From an uncultured Candidatus Saccharibacteria bacterium (GTDB lineage Bacteria; Patescibacteriota; Minisyncoccia; Phycocordibacterales; UBA9973): a DNA stretch of 64,000 bases. Positions 27,567-38,202 of this stretch are shown here, piece by piece; the stretch's first letter is position 1, and every line of letters starts with the position of its first letter. The notes under the pieces were generated by a model. That model was not told the DNA's origin. It made no database searches and was given only the letters and a program-made list of their open reading frames with translations. The DNA lies in assembly GCA_964398205.1 (NCBI GenBank), contig CAYNLU010000002.1:1004-65003 (forward strand), read 5' to 3'. The position numbers and the translations under genes were made by a program.

Positions 27567-28139
27567 TTATTTGTAATTTGGTTTTTTGTATGGAAAACCT
27601 TTTTTATAATTAGCATATCTAGCTAAAGCATATAGAACGCTCGATAATCTATTTAAATATTGAAGACTTATAGGATTTACTTCTTTTTCTTTTTTATCAG
27701 ATAGAATGACAAGAGATCTCTCTACCCTTCTCGAAACAGCTCTTAATACGTCCAAATATGCTCCTAATTGGGTTCCACCTGATATTATGAAGGAATCAAT
27801 CGTTGGTAAAAATTTTTCTACTTCCGAAATTCTATTTTCTAAAAAAGAAATATGATCTAATTTTAGATAAAAAGTGTCGCTTGCTAATTCCGCTTGAATA
27901 GAAAATAAATTCTCTTGTATTTCTTCCAAGAAATCTTCATAAGTAAAAATATTTTCTAAAGAAAAATTATCTTCTTTTGCTAAAGTTTTAGCAAAACCAA
28001 TACCAGAATTCAATTCATCAACATTACCTAAAGCTTCAAAGATAAAAGCTCCCTTGGTAATTCTTTCACCTGGTTTAGAATTAAATAATTTTGTCGTACC
28101 ATTATCCCCTTTTCTAGTGTATAACATATTAGATTTCAC
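27567..28139 (-). CDS. pduO: ATP:cob(I)alamin adenosyltransferase, PduO type
   Basis: YTRKGDNGTT, GNVDELNS, RAVSRRVER, YLNRLS. Confidence 0.9.
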   Translation of the reverse strand: MKSNMLYTRKGDNGTTKLFNSKPGERITKGAFIFEALGNVDELNSGIGFAKTLAKEDNFSLENIFTYEDFLEEIQENLFSIQAELASDTFYLKLDHISFLENRISEVEKFLPTIDSFIISGGTQLGAYLDVLRAVSRRVERSLVILSDKKEKEVNPISLQYLNRLSSVLYALARYANYKKGFPYKKPNYK

Positions 28140-30399
28140 AAATACCTGCTACGCAAGCAAGCTCTTTTTTAACTTCTGTTTCATCTTCTTTTTCATAAGT
28201 TACAATCTTAGAAAAATCAATTCCTTCAAAATGTTTCAACATAGATTCGTATTTTTCTTTCGTAATTTCTTCATAAGGAGCAAGCGGATAGACGTGATTA
28301 TCTCTTGGCAAAAAAGACAAACCTCCTACTAAATCCCAGTTTTCGTATATCCAGTTTGCTACCGATAACCATTCATAATCTCCAACAGAAATAGTTACAG
28401 AAGGATTATGTTCAGTATAATTAACCTTAACAGTTTTCCAATGTTCAAGCTGATCTAAAGCAGAAATATCATTTTTACAAATCGAACCTTCTGGCGCTTT
28501 TACTGGAAATTCTAATACATAAGTGGTAGCATTTTCTTCATTTTGACCAATTTCTGGGAAATATGGGACTCCTTGATCTTTTAACATTTTAAAAAGTGAA
28601 TCTGTCGCTGAAATACGAACTCTCCTGATATAGTATTCGGAATGTCTAGTATGCATACCAGAGGAACAATCTACAGTCTGAGAAACGGTACCGGAAGGCT
28701 TAACACAAGTAATACAAGTAGATTGATTGATTTCAAATTTTTTTGCGTACTTTTTATTTATTTCAATTGCATAATTTTTTAATTTTTCTAAAACTTTTCC
28801 ATCGCGAGCAACTTTTGAATCCCATTGACCAGTAACAGAAACTCCTAGCAATCTTTCTTTTTCACAATTTTTCTTCCATTCTTTTGAAAGATATGGGAAA
28901 TAAGTAAGAGTTGATTGATAAGTACCTAAAATAGTAGCTAAACGAATTTTACGCATTAAAGTTTCTTCAGTATCTTCTTTACGAGCAATAACTTCAGACA
29001 AATTACAAAATTGTTTTGATTGTAAAATAATTTCTCCACAAGGATTAGTCCCCCAAGCTGGATAAATTCCTCCTTTGAATTGATCTAATCTTCTTTTTGG
29101 TAAAGTTTTAGCTAAACTTCCACGATTAAATATTCCTCTTTCACCAGATCCGGATTTTACCAAAGCATTCCATTCATCCAAAAATTCAGAAGTAGTTGGT
29201 TTTTGTATATAAACAGCTGAATTATTTGCGAGCATTCGTTGTGACTCAGAAATATAAAATTGGCCTTTTTTAGAATCTCTTATAGCTTCATCGTCTAAAT
29301 CAGAAAGAGATATCATAGCACTACGACGCACTCCCCCAGCAACAACACATTCTCCTATTTTACAAATAATATCGTGAGCATCCATATTATTTAGTCGACG
29401 TCCTTGTCTACGCAATATTCTTTCTCGAGAAAAATTGATTAAAGATTTTAATGGTTCTGGTCCAGAGCTTTTTCCACCCATAGTTTTTAAACGAGATCCG
29501 GCTTTACGTATTTTAGAATAATCAAAATTTACATCATTACCATCAAACCAAGTTTCTAAAGCAAAAGTAAAAGCATCTGCCCAACCTTCTTTGCTATCTA
29601 AAACTACATAAGTAGGTAATATTTTTCCAGTTTGTTTTTTAATTTGTGGTAAAGCTTGAATATTTTCACTCTCAACAGACCAACCCACACCCGTACCACA
29701 CATAGATATATACATTATTTCAGCAAAGTCTTTTAAGGCTACAGGGGCAATAAAAGAACAATTGTAAGCACAAACATTAGTTTTACGAGCAGGTTTACCA
29801 GCAAACTGTACCAGCCTCATAGAAGGCATAACTTCTTGATTTAAAATAGCTTCACGAATTTCTTTATATTCAGAATCGCTCAATTTACCGTTTAAATTCT
29901 CTCTCATAAAATCAACATAACGATCAACTGTTTCTATCCAAGTTTCTCTTCGACCCTCTTCCTCAATCCATTTAGCATAAGTACGATAATAAACAAATTC
30001 AGACAAAGAATTCCGAAAATATTTTTTACTTTGATTTACCAAATCTCTAACTTTTTCTGGGACAAAACCTATCTTTTCTCTAACACTAGCTCTTTCTTTA
30101 CGATATAAAATATAAGCCTTTGCTGTTTGCAAAAAATTTGCAGAAATTAATTCATTCTCAACTATGTCCTGAATAGTTTCAACTTTTGGTATGAAGTTTT
30201 TAATTTTATTTTCTTTTTTAAGATTCAAAAGGGCCTTTAACACATTTTGCGTAATTCTTTTAGCATCCACTTCTACCCCTTCTCCGGTCGCATTTAAAGC
30301 TTTAAAAATAGCCCTAAAGATTCTGTTTTCATCGAAAGGCACAATAGAACCATCTCTTTTTTCGATGTTTAGTAGTACACTTTTTTGATTTTTTTTCAT
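28129..30399 (-). CDS. nrdJ: class II (adenosylcobalamin-dependent) ribonucleotide reductase with ATP cone
   Basis: N-terminal ATP cone; YNCSF, GGVRRSA, TNPCGEI, FCNLSE, VKPSGT, C-terminal CVAGICE. Confidence 0.92.
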   Translation of the reverse strand: MKKNQKSVLLNIEKRDGSIVPFDENRIFRAIFKALNATGEGVEVDAKRITQNVLKALLNLKKENKIKNFIPKVETIQDIVENELISANFLQTAKAYILYRKERASVREKIGFVPEKVRDLVNQSKKYFRNSLSEFVYYRTYAKWIEEEGRRETWIETVDRYVDFMRENLNGKLSDSEYKEIREAILNQEVMPSMRLVQFAGKPARKTNVCAYNCSFIAPVALKDFAEIMYISMCGTGVGWSVESENIQALPQIKKQTGKILPTYVVLDSKEGWADAFTFALETWFDGNDVNFDYSKIRKAGSRLKTMGGKSSGPEPLKSLINFSRERILRRQGRRLNNMDAHDIICKIGECVVAGGVRRSAMISLSDLDDEAIRDSKKGQFYISESQRMLANNSAVYIQKPTTSEFLDEWNALVKSGSGERGIFNRGSLAKTLPKRRLDQFKGGIYPAWGTNPCGEIILQSKQFCNLSEVIARKEDTEETLMRKIRLATILGTYQSTLTYFPYLSKEWKKNCEKERLLGVSVTGQWDSKVARDGKVLEKLKNYAIEINKKYAKKFEINQSTCITCVKPSGTVSQTVDCSSGMHTRHSEYYIRRVRISATDSLFKMLKDQGVPYFPEIGQNEENATTYVLEFPVKAPEGSICKNDISALDQLEHWKTVKVNYTEHNPSVTISVGDYEWLSVANWIYENWDLVGGLSFLPRDNHVYPLAPYEEITKEKYESMLKHFEGIDFSKIVTYEKEDETEVKKELACVAGICEI

Positions 30400-30401
30400 T
30401 T

Positions 30402-30947
30402 TTAGATTTGCTTAGAATTCAAAAAATTCATAATGAATGAAGTTTCAAATTTTTTATTAGTAATAACAAATTTATACAAGCTAGGACTTAAAACAATAGC
30501 AAAAGAAACATTTCCCAATAAATGCCATAAGGTAAATGGGATTTGTCCTGTTAAAGCTTCTATAAAAGGTTGATTGTAGAATAACGGACCAAAAGATAAA
30601 CCAGTGATTCCGTCAAAAAACAAAGTTCCTATAATTGCGAAAGATACGTAATTCCATTTATTTTCTTTATATTTTTTAAAAAAATAAACTGCTCCAAAAC
30701 CCAAAACTCCATAAGTTGTAGCTGTTAATAATGTCCAATAACCTAATTTTTGAGTTAGTAAATCATAAATAATGATATTCAAGAAAGCAAAAAGAAAACC
30801 AGCGACGCCGCCATAAGCACGACTGAAAGGCATTTGAGTCGCTAAAATAGGTTCTATATTCGGGGGACGAAAAGGAATAAGCCTAATAAGGCTACAAGCA
30901 ACTATACCGAGAGTAAACTTAAACCAATTCTTTCTATATGTCTCCAT
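30402..30947 (-). CDS. ECF S-component, BtuM-like (putative cobalamin uptake)
   Basis: RLIPFRPPNIEPI resembles the BtuM-type RLLPHPPNF motif; ~6 TMs; first gene of the nrdJ-pduO operon. Confidence 0.7.
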   Translation of the reverse strand: METYRKNWFKFTLGIVACSLIRLIPFRPPNIEPILATQMPFSRAYGGVAGFLFAFLNIIIYDLLTQKLGYWTLLTATTYGVLGFGAVYFFKKYKENKWNYVSFAIIGTLFFDGITGLSFGPLFYNQPFIEALTGQIPFTLWHLLGNVSFAIVLSPSLYKFVITNKKFETSFIMNFLNSKQI

Positions 30948-31121
30948 AAATATATTTAATTATTAATAATAATAGTTTTATAAAAAACTACTCGTGTATC
31001 AATTATAATCAACATGTCTCAGTAAAGGAAGGGTGGATAACTTATAGTAAAAAACCCTTAAAAATACAAGACGGCTTAAAAACAATAGACACAAATCCTG
31101 ATATTTTGTTATACTTAATAA

Positions 31122-31586
31122 GTGGAAAATAATAATAAACTATCTTGGGCTGTGCCTGCATATAATCACTCTAAAAAAAGCATTGATTGGTTTTGGGCTT
31201 TAGGTCTTATTGTATTAGTTGGAGCAATAACTTCCTTTATTTTTGATAATTACTTTTTTTCTATTTTACTTGTATTAGGAGGAATACTTATGGGTCACTT
31301 TGCAAACGAAGAACCTGAAACTCTATATTATGAATTGAACGAAAAAGGTTTAACTATCAAAGACCGCATATATCCTTTTAAGGCAATCAAATCTTATTAC
31401 ATAAACACTGAAAAGAACCCTACCCTATTTATTAAAACAGACAGGTTCTTCTTGCCTGTAATACCAGTCGCTATTAACCTAAATGTGGCTCAAAAAATCA
31501 ACGAAATATTTGAAAAAGAAGGTATAGAAGTAGAAGAAATGAGTGAAGGGCCAATAGAGCAAATAATGGATATGATAGGTTACTAA
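31122..31586 (+). CDS. conserved membrane hypothetical protein
   Basis: Two TMs then a beta-rich domain; TGTTATACT 6 nt before the GTG start. Confidence 0.7.
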   Translation: MENNNKLSWAVPAYNHSKKSIDWFWALGLIVLVGAITSFIFDNYFFSILLVLGGILMGHFANEEPETLYYELNEKGLTIKDRIYPFKAIKSYYINTEKNPTLFIKTDRFFLPVIPVAINLNVAQKINEIFEKEGIEVEEMSEGPIEQIMDMIGY

Positions 31587-31640
31587 CTAGATTTTTTTAT
31601 TAAAACCTGATAAGGTATTCTAAGTAAGTCTTTTAGATTT

Positions 31641-31712
31641 GCTTCCGTCGTTCAATGGATAGGACGCAACTTTGCGGAAGTTGTGATGCAGGTTCGATTC
31701 CTGCCGGGAGCA
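31641..31712 (+). tRNA. tRNA-Arg (anticodon GCG)
   Basis: Acceptor GCTTCCG/CGGGAGC; anticodon arm CAACT-TTGCGGA-AGTTG; T-arm GCAGG-TTCGATT-CCTGC; CCA not encoded. Confidence 0.92.
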
Positions 31713-31715
31713 CAA

Positions 31716-32435
31716 ATGATATTTCCTATACGTATAAATAAATATTTAAGTGAAAAGGGTTATGCGACCCGCAGAGAAGCCGATAGACTTATCGAAGATG
31801 GTAAGGTTTTTTTAAATGGCAAGAAGGCTAAGCTCGGAGATAAAGTAAACGAGAGCGATAAAGTAGAACTCAAAGGTGAGAAAAAAGTTTATTCATATTA
31901 CGCTTATAATAAAGCTCGCGGAGTATTAACTAACAAAGATAACGAAGAAGACCAAGATATTAAAAATGCTTTAAAAAAGGAAAACTTAAAAGAAAACATC
32001 TTCCCTATTGGCAGATTAGACAAAGATTCTCACGGGCTTATAATACTCACTAATGATGGGCGAATTACAGATAAATTGTTAAATCCAGACTACTATCACG
32101 AAAAAGAATACGTGGTAAAAACCAAAAATAAATTAAGAAATAATTTTAAAGAAAAGATGGAGGCTGGAGTTATACTTAAAGGCAATAAAAATACGAAAGA
32201 CTATAAAACTAAACCTTGTAAAGTTAAAATCATAAACGATTATACTTTTAGTATAATTTTAACCGAAGGCAAAAAACATCAAATTCGCCGCATGTGTGAC
32301 GCACTCTTTGCAGAAGTTTTAGAGCTTAAAAGAGTTCGAATTATGAATATCGAACTAAAAAAACTTCAAGCAAATTCTATACGCAAAATCGAAGGTAAAG
32401 AATTAGAAACTTTCTTGAAAAGCTTAGGATTTTAA
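31716..32435 (+). CDS. 23S rRNA pseudouridine synthase (RluB/RluF family)
   Basis: S4 domain RINKYLS..TRREAD; GRLDKDS; EGKKHQIRRM; start at ATG 31716 (ORF-track start lies inside the tRNA). Confidence 0.9.
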   Translation: MIFPIRINKYLSEKGYATRREADRLIEDGKVFLNGKKAKLGDKVNESDKVELKGEKKVYSYYAYNKARGVLTNKDNEEDQDIKNALKKENLKENIFPIGRLDKDSHGLIILTNDGRITDKLLNPDYYHEKEYVVKTKNKLRNNFKEKMEAGVILKGNKNTKDYKTKPCKVKIINDYTFSIILTEGKKHQIRRMCDALFAEVLELKRVRIMNIELKKLQANSIRKIEGKELETFLKSLGF

Positions 32436-32692
32436 TCCTCAGCCCACTCTTTAAGCTCTTTATAAGTAGCTTCTCCACAAATAAATTTTTTATTTTTAGT
32501 ATTATAGAAAAACGGTACCCCCCCGCAAAGATCTTTGTCTAACTCTAAAAGTCTTTTTTCATTTTCTTCATTGTGCCAAACTTCTAAAGCTTCTACCTTG
32601 ATTCCCTTTTCCTTTTCGAGCTTAACTACAAGTTTATGCATATCTAAACAATGAGGACATTCTTCTCCATAAAATTCTAATAAATGTGACAT
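32432..32692 (-). CDS. small thioredoxin/glutaredoxin-like protein
   Basis: ECPHC redox motif, GGVPFF. Confidence 0.8.
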   Translation of the reverse strand: MSHLLEFYGEECPHCLDMHKLVVKLEKEKGIKVEALEVWHNEENEKRLLELDKDLCGGVPFFYNTKNKKFICGEATYKELKEWAED

Positions 32693-32718
32693 ACTTATAT
32701 TATATAAAAAATATCACA

Positions 32719-32750
32719 AATTAAAAACTCCCTTATGGGAGTTTTTAATT
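32719..32750 (-). terminator. rpsT terminator
   Basis: AATTAAAAACTCCC/GGGAGTTTTTAATT inverted repeat. Confidence 0.8.
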
Positions 32751-33000
32751 ATTTTACTAATTTAGTTAAGCGAGATTTCTTGCGAGAAGCGTTATTTTTC
32801 TTAATAACTCCTCTTTTCGCTGCTTTATCGATTGCTTGATAAGCTTGAGAAAGTATCTTTTCTGCTTCTTTTTTGTCTTTTTTAGCAGTTTTTTCGATTT
32901 TCTTGATAAGCTCTTTCATAACCTTCTTGCGACGGTCATTAACAGCCTTTTTACGAGAAGAAACTCGAATATTCTTTTTTGCTGATTTTGTTATTGGCAT
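32749..33000 (-). CDS. rpsT: 30S ribosomal protein S20
   Basis: MPITKSAKK..IDKAAKRGVIKKNNASRKKSRL. Confidence 0.97.
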   Translation of the reverse strand: MPITKSAKKNIRVSSRKKAVNDRRKKVMKELIKKIEKTAKKDKKEAEKILSQAYQAIDKAAKRGVIKKNNASRKKSRLTKLVK

Positions 33001-33054
33001 AAAACTAATATAACAGAAAAATTGAGAAAAGGCAAATTTTAAAAGAAAATTTTA

Positions 33055-33450
33055 TTACAAGAAATTAATAGTAAAATTATACATACCCATACTACAAGTA
33101 CCGGTTAAAGGCACACCAGAAACAGGCACACCAATATCAATAACCTCTTCTCCAGTTTGAGGTAGGATCTTTTGATAGTTAATAGACCTAATAGTTAAAG
33201 CAGCAGAACAATCAAAAACTCCGTTAGTCTTCACGATGAGCTTAGTAGGAATACCGGCTTTTGCTTGTGTGACTCTAGGAAAGTAACCTCCTCCTGCATT
33301 AATAGTGATATATTGAACCCCATCAATAATTTCTACTTTTTGCTGGTTTTGCTCTATGTTATTATTTGGTTTATTTTTTATAATTAGAGCTAAACCTACC
33401 AATAACAACACAGCTACTATACTCAGGAAAATTTTTGAATTAAATTTCAT
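33055..33450 (-). CDS. cupredoxin-domain protein
   Basis: GGYFP..AKAGIP..DC..TCSMGMY. Confidence 0.85.
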   Translation of the reverse strand: MKFNSKIFLSIVAVLLLVGLALIIKNKPNNNIEQNQQKVEIIDGVQYITINAGGGYFPRVTQAKAGIPTKLIVKTNGVFDCSAALTIRSINYQKILPQTGEEVIDIGVPVSGVPLTGTCSMGMYNFTINFL

Positions 33451-33459
33451 ATTTCTAAA

Positions 33460-34467
33460 TTATATATTAAATAACGGATTAATAATACCCAAAGCGACAA
33501 GCCCACCCAAAAATGCAAATAAACCGAGTCCTATCACGACTATTCCAGCAGATTTAAAGAAAAGATTAGCATACTTGGAATTAGCAAAAGAAGACGAACC
33601 AAAAGACAATAATAGAAGTACCGGCAAAGTCCCTAAAGCAAAAGCAAACATAATTAAACTTCCATTAAGAAATGATCCACTCGATAGAGCCACAACTTGC
33701 ATCGATTGAGTAAAACCACAAGGCAAGAAAAAAGTACCAAAACCAACGAGCAAAGGAGTGAGAGTTTTATGTTCTATTTTTCTAAAGAATTTAAAAATCC
33801 CAGAGTGCAATACGATTTTATTCTTTGAAAATACTCCCACCAAATTCAAACCGAGGAATATCATGACGATAGATGCGATTATACCCAAAATAGCAGTCAA
33901 GGTAAAATTAATACCAATAATATTTCCCACTAACCCCAAAGCTCCACCGAGCAAACCGAAACTAACTAATCTCCCAACGTGGAACAAAATGAAGGTTCTC
34001 TTGTCGCTCACATTGTCTTGAGACATCTTGGCGGACAAAGACAATACGAGCCCTCCAACAATAGCCAAACACGAAGACACTGAAGCTATAAGTCCGATAA
34101 TAAAACTTGTAATTGGTGTAGTTTTGCCTCCAATACCTAAGTTTAAAATTCCAGATTTTTGAAGCATAAAGAAAAGCGCTAAAAAACCTAAGCCGATAGG
34201 TATTGCTTGCCATAAAATATCATTGCTCTTTTTTTCTACTTTAAGATTCTCAGCTGAAAGAATATAGCCATTGGTTTTAATAAGACTCCCCAGTATTTCA
34301 ATTAACTCTTCTTTACTTTTCGGACTATCAGTCTCAATATCTACTGTCTTAGTTTTTAAATTAACTTCTACTTTTTTTACTATATCCTCTTCCCCTAAAA
34401 CATCTTCAATTAATATTTTGCAAGATGCACAATGTGTCCCCGAAACATGAAATGTATATTTATTCAT
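33460..34467 (-). CDS. HMA domain + DsbD_2/TauE-like membrane protein
   Basis: GTHCASC; SSCLAIVGG; LPCGFTQ. Confidence 0.85.
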   Translation of the reverse strand: MNKYTFHVSGTHCASCKILIEDVLGEEDIVKKVEVNLKTKTVDIETDSPKSKEELIEILGSLIKTNGYILSAENLKVEKKSNDILWQAIPIGLGFLALFFMLQKSGILNLGIGGKTTPITSFIIGLIASVSSCLAIVGGLVLSLSAKMSQDNVSDKRTFILFHVGRLVSFGLLGGALGLVGNIIGINFTLTAILGIIASIVMIFLGLNLVGVFSKNKIVLHSGIFKFFRKIEHKTLTPLLVGFGTFFLPCGFTQSMQVVALSSGSFLNGSLIMFAFALGTLPVLLLLSFGSSSFANSKYANLFFKSAGIVVIGLGLFAFLGGLVALGIINPLFNI

Positions 34468-34476
34468 AAATTTATT

Positions 34477-36735
34477 TTATAATTTTTTACTTTTAATTCT
34501 TAATGAATTTCCAACGACAGAAACGGAAGACATAGCCATAGCTAAACCTGCAAAAATAGGATTAAGTAGCCATCCAGTAATTGGATAAAAAACTCCAGCA
34601 GCCAAAGGTATACCTATAACATTAAATATAAAAGCCCAAAAAAGATTTTGCCTAATACCAAGCATCGTTATTTTTGATAACTTTATTGCTTTTGCAATTT
34701 TAATAATATCTCCCCCCAATAAAGTAATAGAAGCTGACTCGATAGCCACATCTGTTCCTGTTCCCATAGCAATACCTACGTCTGCTTTCGCTAAAGCCGG
34801 GGCATCATTAATACCGTCTCCCACCATAACAACCACTTTATTTTCTTTTTGTAATTCTTGAATCTTACCAGCTTTTTCTTTCGGCAACACCCCAGAAATA
34901 ACTTCATCTATACCTAATTGCTTAGCTATATATTTTGCTGTTAGACTGTTGTCTCCTGTAAGCATAACAGTTTTAATATTTAATTTATGCAATATTTTAA
35001 CCAATTCCACTGACTCAGTTTTTAAAGTATCACTCAATGCAATTAAGCCTGCTTGTTTTTTGTTTACTTCAACGATTATTACTGTTTTCCCTTGTTCTTG
35101 CAATTTAACTATCTGAGTATTTTTTAAATCTAAGTCAGTTGGTTTATGAATATAAATTGAAAGATTATTTATTTCACCTATAACCCCGACTCCTTCTTGA
35201 GCTATAAATTTTTCTACTTTGTACAAATCAAGATTTTGTTCAACAGCTTTTTTTACAACTGCATAAGCGAGTGGATGCTCTGATAGGTTTTCTACACTTG
35301 CAGCAATTTTTAAAATTTCTTGATCAGAAAAACTATTGTCTAAATTAATCAAATCAGTAACTTCTGGTTTACCTTTTGTTAAGGTTCCAGTTTTATCCAT
35401 AACAACAATACTAGCTTTACTTAATTTTTCCAAAGATTCTGCGTCTTTAATCAAGATACCGTTTTCTGCTCCCTTTCCAACTCCTACGATAATAGCCGTT
35501 GGAGTAGCAAGTCCAAGAGCACAAGGACAAGCAATAACTAATATACCCACAAAAGATAAAATTCCAAATGATAGGGCTTGCGAAAAACCTAAAAACATAG
35601 TTCCCACAGTTAACCACAAAATTAAAGTCACAATAGAAATTATTAAAACTAAAGGCACAAATATGTTTGAAATTTTATCAGCCAAACTTTGAATTGGAGC
35701 TCTAGAACCTTCAGCTTGTTCTACCATCTTTATAATTTGTGACAAAAAAGTGTCTTTACCAATTTTATTAGTTTTAAATTTAAAATTACCTTGAATATTC
35801 ATAGTTGCTCCAAAAACGATGTCACCAGTTTTTTTATCTACCGGAATAGGTTCCCCCGTTATCATTGATTCATCGACTGAAGATTGACCTTCTATTATTT
35901 CTCCATCTACTGGAATTTTTTCACCAGGACGAACAACGACAATATCTCCAATTTTCACTTCACTAATAGGTATTTCAACTTCAATTCCATTTTTTAGAAC
36001 TCGAGCAGTTTTTGCCTGTAAATTTAATAATTTTTCAATTGCTTCTCCGGTTCTGATTTTTGATTTCATTTCAAGATATTTACCGAAAATCACAAAACCG
36101 ATAACTACTATGGTTACATCGAAATATGTCACTTCGCTCAGATTAAGCAACAATCTAATATCAGGGAATAACACTACAAAAACACTATAAAAATAAGCGA
36201 CAGAAGTTCCAATACCTATTAAAGTATCCATATTAGCAACGCGGTATTTTATAAATCTTAATACTCCTTTTAGGAAAGATTGTCCTGACCAAAAAAGTAA
36301 AATAGTTCCTAAAATTAAAGAAATAGCATTGTGTAAATTCATGGGAATCGGGAAATTAGGCACAAAGGCAAATAGCTTTGAACCAATTTCCCACATCATC
36401 AAAAAGAATACAAGCAAAGCAACAGGGAGAGCAAAATACATTTTGCTTTTAATTTCTAATAATTCTTTTTGTTTTTCGTTTTTAGATTTATTAACATCAT
36501 TACCAGAAATATCCTCAATTGAATCTTCATCAATAAAACTATAACCTAACTTGTTTATCTCGTCATTCATCTTCGAAACAGATATTTTATCCAAATCAAA
36601 TAATAATTCGGCTTTTTCGGTAGCGTAATTTATTTTTACAGAATCAACACCTTCTAATTTTGAAACTTTTTTAGTAATAATAGCTGAACAACTAGCGCAA
36701 TGCATTCCTTTAACTTTAAGAGTTTTATTTATCAT
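34477..36735 (-). CDS. copA: copper-translocating P1B-type ATPase
   Basis: [30 protein letters not shown]. Confidence 0.93.
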   Translation of the reverse strand: MINKTLKVKGMHCASCSAIITKKVSKLEGVDSVKINYATEKAELLFDLDKISVSKMNDEINKLGYSFIDEDSIEDISGNDVNKSKNEKQKELLEIKSKMYFALPVALLVFFLMMWEIGSKLFAFVPNFPIPMNLHNAISLILGTILLFWSGQSFLKGVLRFIKYRVANMDTLIGIGTSVAYFYSVFVVLFPDIRLLLNLSEVTYFDVTIVVIGFVIFGKYLEMKSKIRTGEAIEKLLNLQAKTARVLKNGIEVEIPISEVKIGDIVVVRPGEKIPVDGEIIEGQSSVDESMITGEPIPVDKKTGDIVFGATMNIQGNFKFKTNKIGKDTFLSQIIKMVEQAEGSRAPIQSLADKISNIFVPLVLIISIVTLILWLTVGTMFLGFSQALSFGILSFVGILVIACPCALGLATPTAIIVGVGKGAENGILIKDAESLEKLSKASIVVMDKTGTLTKGKPEVTDLINLDNSFSDQEILKIAASVENLSEHPLAYAVVKKAVEQNLDLYKVEKFIAQEGVGVIGEINNLSIYIHKPTDLDLKNTQIVKLQEQGKTVIIVEVNKKQAGLIALSDTLKTESVELVKILHKLNIKTVMLTGDNSLTAKYIAKQLGIDEVISGVLPKEKAGKIQELQKENKVVVMVGDGINDAPALAKADVGIAMGTGTDVAIESASITLLGGDIIKIAKAIKLSKITMLGIRQNLFWAFIFNVIGIPLAAGVFYPITGWLLNPIFAGLAMAMSSVSVVGNSLRIKSKKL

Positions 36736-36741
36736 AAAAAA

Positions 36742-37305
36742 TTAAATATTATACCAATCCTTTCTCCAGTTCTTAAAAATTTCTAAAGTATCTTTAAGAA
36801 AAGTTTCGACCGCATCTGCATTATTCAAAACCTCCAATCTACTTGATTTGGTTTTTATTTCTTTTGTCATAAGTAAACCCATTTCATGATGAGCAATAAG
36901 TGCATTCAAAAAACGCAAATCAAAATTATCATCGTAAACTCCTAAGTTTACAACAACTGGGTCTTTGATATTACGAGTATCTTTATACCAATCTTTTTTC
37001 CAGGTATACAGTTCGTCTATAGCCGAAGGCTCATTGGTTAATATTTTTTCAGCTAAACCTTTTATTTCAGGGCGTTCGGAGTATAAAGCAGCCTCTTGCG
37101 CTAGAAGCATTGCTCCCCTATGATGAGATATCATCGCATTTAGATATCTTAAATCTAAATTTCTATCAGCTCGACCAAAATCCATTTCAGACTTGTCATA
37201 CATACTAACCTTATATTCAGGATTTACAAAAAATCCTAAAAGCAAACCTGAAACAAAAGACACAACTATTAATGCTATCGCTAAAATTGTAGATATTTTT
37301 GACAT
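36742..37305 (-). CDS. DUF305 (CopM-like) protein
   Basis: Duplicated D.R(Y/F)LNA(M/L)I.HH.G motif. Confidence 0.85.
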   Translation of the reverse strand: MSKISTILAIALIVVSFVSGLLLGFFVNPEYKVSMYDKSEMDFGRADRNLDLRYLNAMISHHRGAMLLAQEAALYSERPEIKGLAEKILTNEPSAIDELYTWKKDWYKDTRNIKDPVVVNLGVYDDNFDLRFLNALIAHHEMGLLMTKEIKTKSSRLEVLNNADAVETFLKDTLEIFKNWRKDWYNI

Positions 37306-37310
37306 ATATT

Positions 37311-37574
37311 TTATTTTTTCTTTAATTGATAAACTTTTAAAATTTCATTGGTGGCTTTTTCGGTTTCGCCTTTTTTAATTTGATTCACTAAACAATGACT
37401 TAAATGACTCTGAAGCAATAAATCTTCTACCCCAGAAAGGGCTTGTTTAATTGCCGAAGTTTGAGTAATAATATCAATACAATAAGTATTTTTTTCTATT
37501 AAATTTTGTAAACCTCTAACTTGCCCTTCTATTATTTTTAATCTCTTTTTTATTTTTTGTTTATTTATATCCAT
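37311..37574 (-). CDS. csoR: CsoR family metal-sensing repressor
   Basis: RLKIIEGQVRGLQ..YC.DII.Q..HLSHC. Confidence 0.9.
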   Translation of the reverse strand: MDINKQKIKKRLKIIEGQVRGLQNLIEKNTYCIDIITQTSAIKQALSGVEDLLLQSHLSHCLVNQIKKGETEKATNEILKVYQLKKK

Positions 37575-37580
37575 GTTTAT

Positions 37581-37609
37581 ATGGTATACCCACCGGGGGT
37601 ATATGTCAA
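37581..37609 (-). promoter_or_regulatory. copper operon promoter with CsoR operator
   Basis: Minus strand TTGACA-17 bp-TACCAT; TATACCCACCGGGGGTATA pseudo-palindrome (37585-37603) matches the C/G-tract CsoR operator type. Confidence 0.85.
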
Positions 37610-37634
37610 ATAGTATGTGTGCTATAATGGAATT

Positions 37635-38201
37635 ATGTTTGGAAGCATAAAAGGTAAGATTATCTTAATAAAAGAAAAATTTGTAGTTATTGAGACCACT
37701 GAAGGGATTGGTTACAAAGTCTACTTATCCCCTAGCGATATGGCTTTTTTAGAAAATAACAAAAGTGAAATATCTTTCTGGATACATCATCATATTCGCG
37801 AAGACGCTTCTTTGCTTTATGGATTTAAAGAATACGAGGATTTAGAATTTTTTGAAATGCTTATTAACGTTTCTGGAATTGGACCGAAAGGTGCAATGAC
37901 TATATTAGGTATAGCAAACCCGAAAATCATCAAAAAGGCTATCCGTAATAATGATTTAGCATACTTAACTAAAATTTCTGGTATTGGTAAAAAAACAGCC
38001 GAAAAAATGATCTTGGAATTACGAGATAAATTAGGAGACTTAGATAATAACGATTTGGGAGATGATTTAGATGTACTAGAGGCTTTAAAAGCTCTCGGCT
38101 ACAATCAGTACAAAATTCGTGAAGTTTTAAAAGACTTAAAATCTGATTTAGATACTAATACAAAAATAAGAGAAGCCTTAAAAGTTTTAGGGAAAAAATA
38201 A
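37635..38201 (+). CDS. ruvA: Holliday junction branch migration protein RuvA
   Basis: GIGYKV, HHIRED..LYGF, VSGIGPK, GIGKKTAE; start at ATG 37635 after TGCTATAAT. Confidence 0.95.
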   Translation: MFGSIKGKIILIKEKFVVIETTEGIGYKVYLSPSDMAFLENNKSEISFWIHHHIREDASLLYGFKEYEDLEFFEMLINVSGIGPKGAMTILGIANPKIIKKAIRNNDLAYLTKISGIGKKTAEKMILELRDKLGDLDNNDLGDDLDVLEALKALGYNQYKIREVLKDLKSDLDTNTKIREALKVLGKK

Positions 38202-38202
38202 A

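Noticed and set aside
30948-31121. Cobalamin riboswitch or NrdR boxes upstream of the nrdJ operon
   Set aside because: Region is short and AT-rich with no recognisable B12-box or NrdR palindrome
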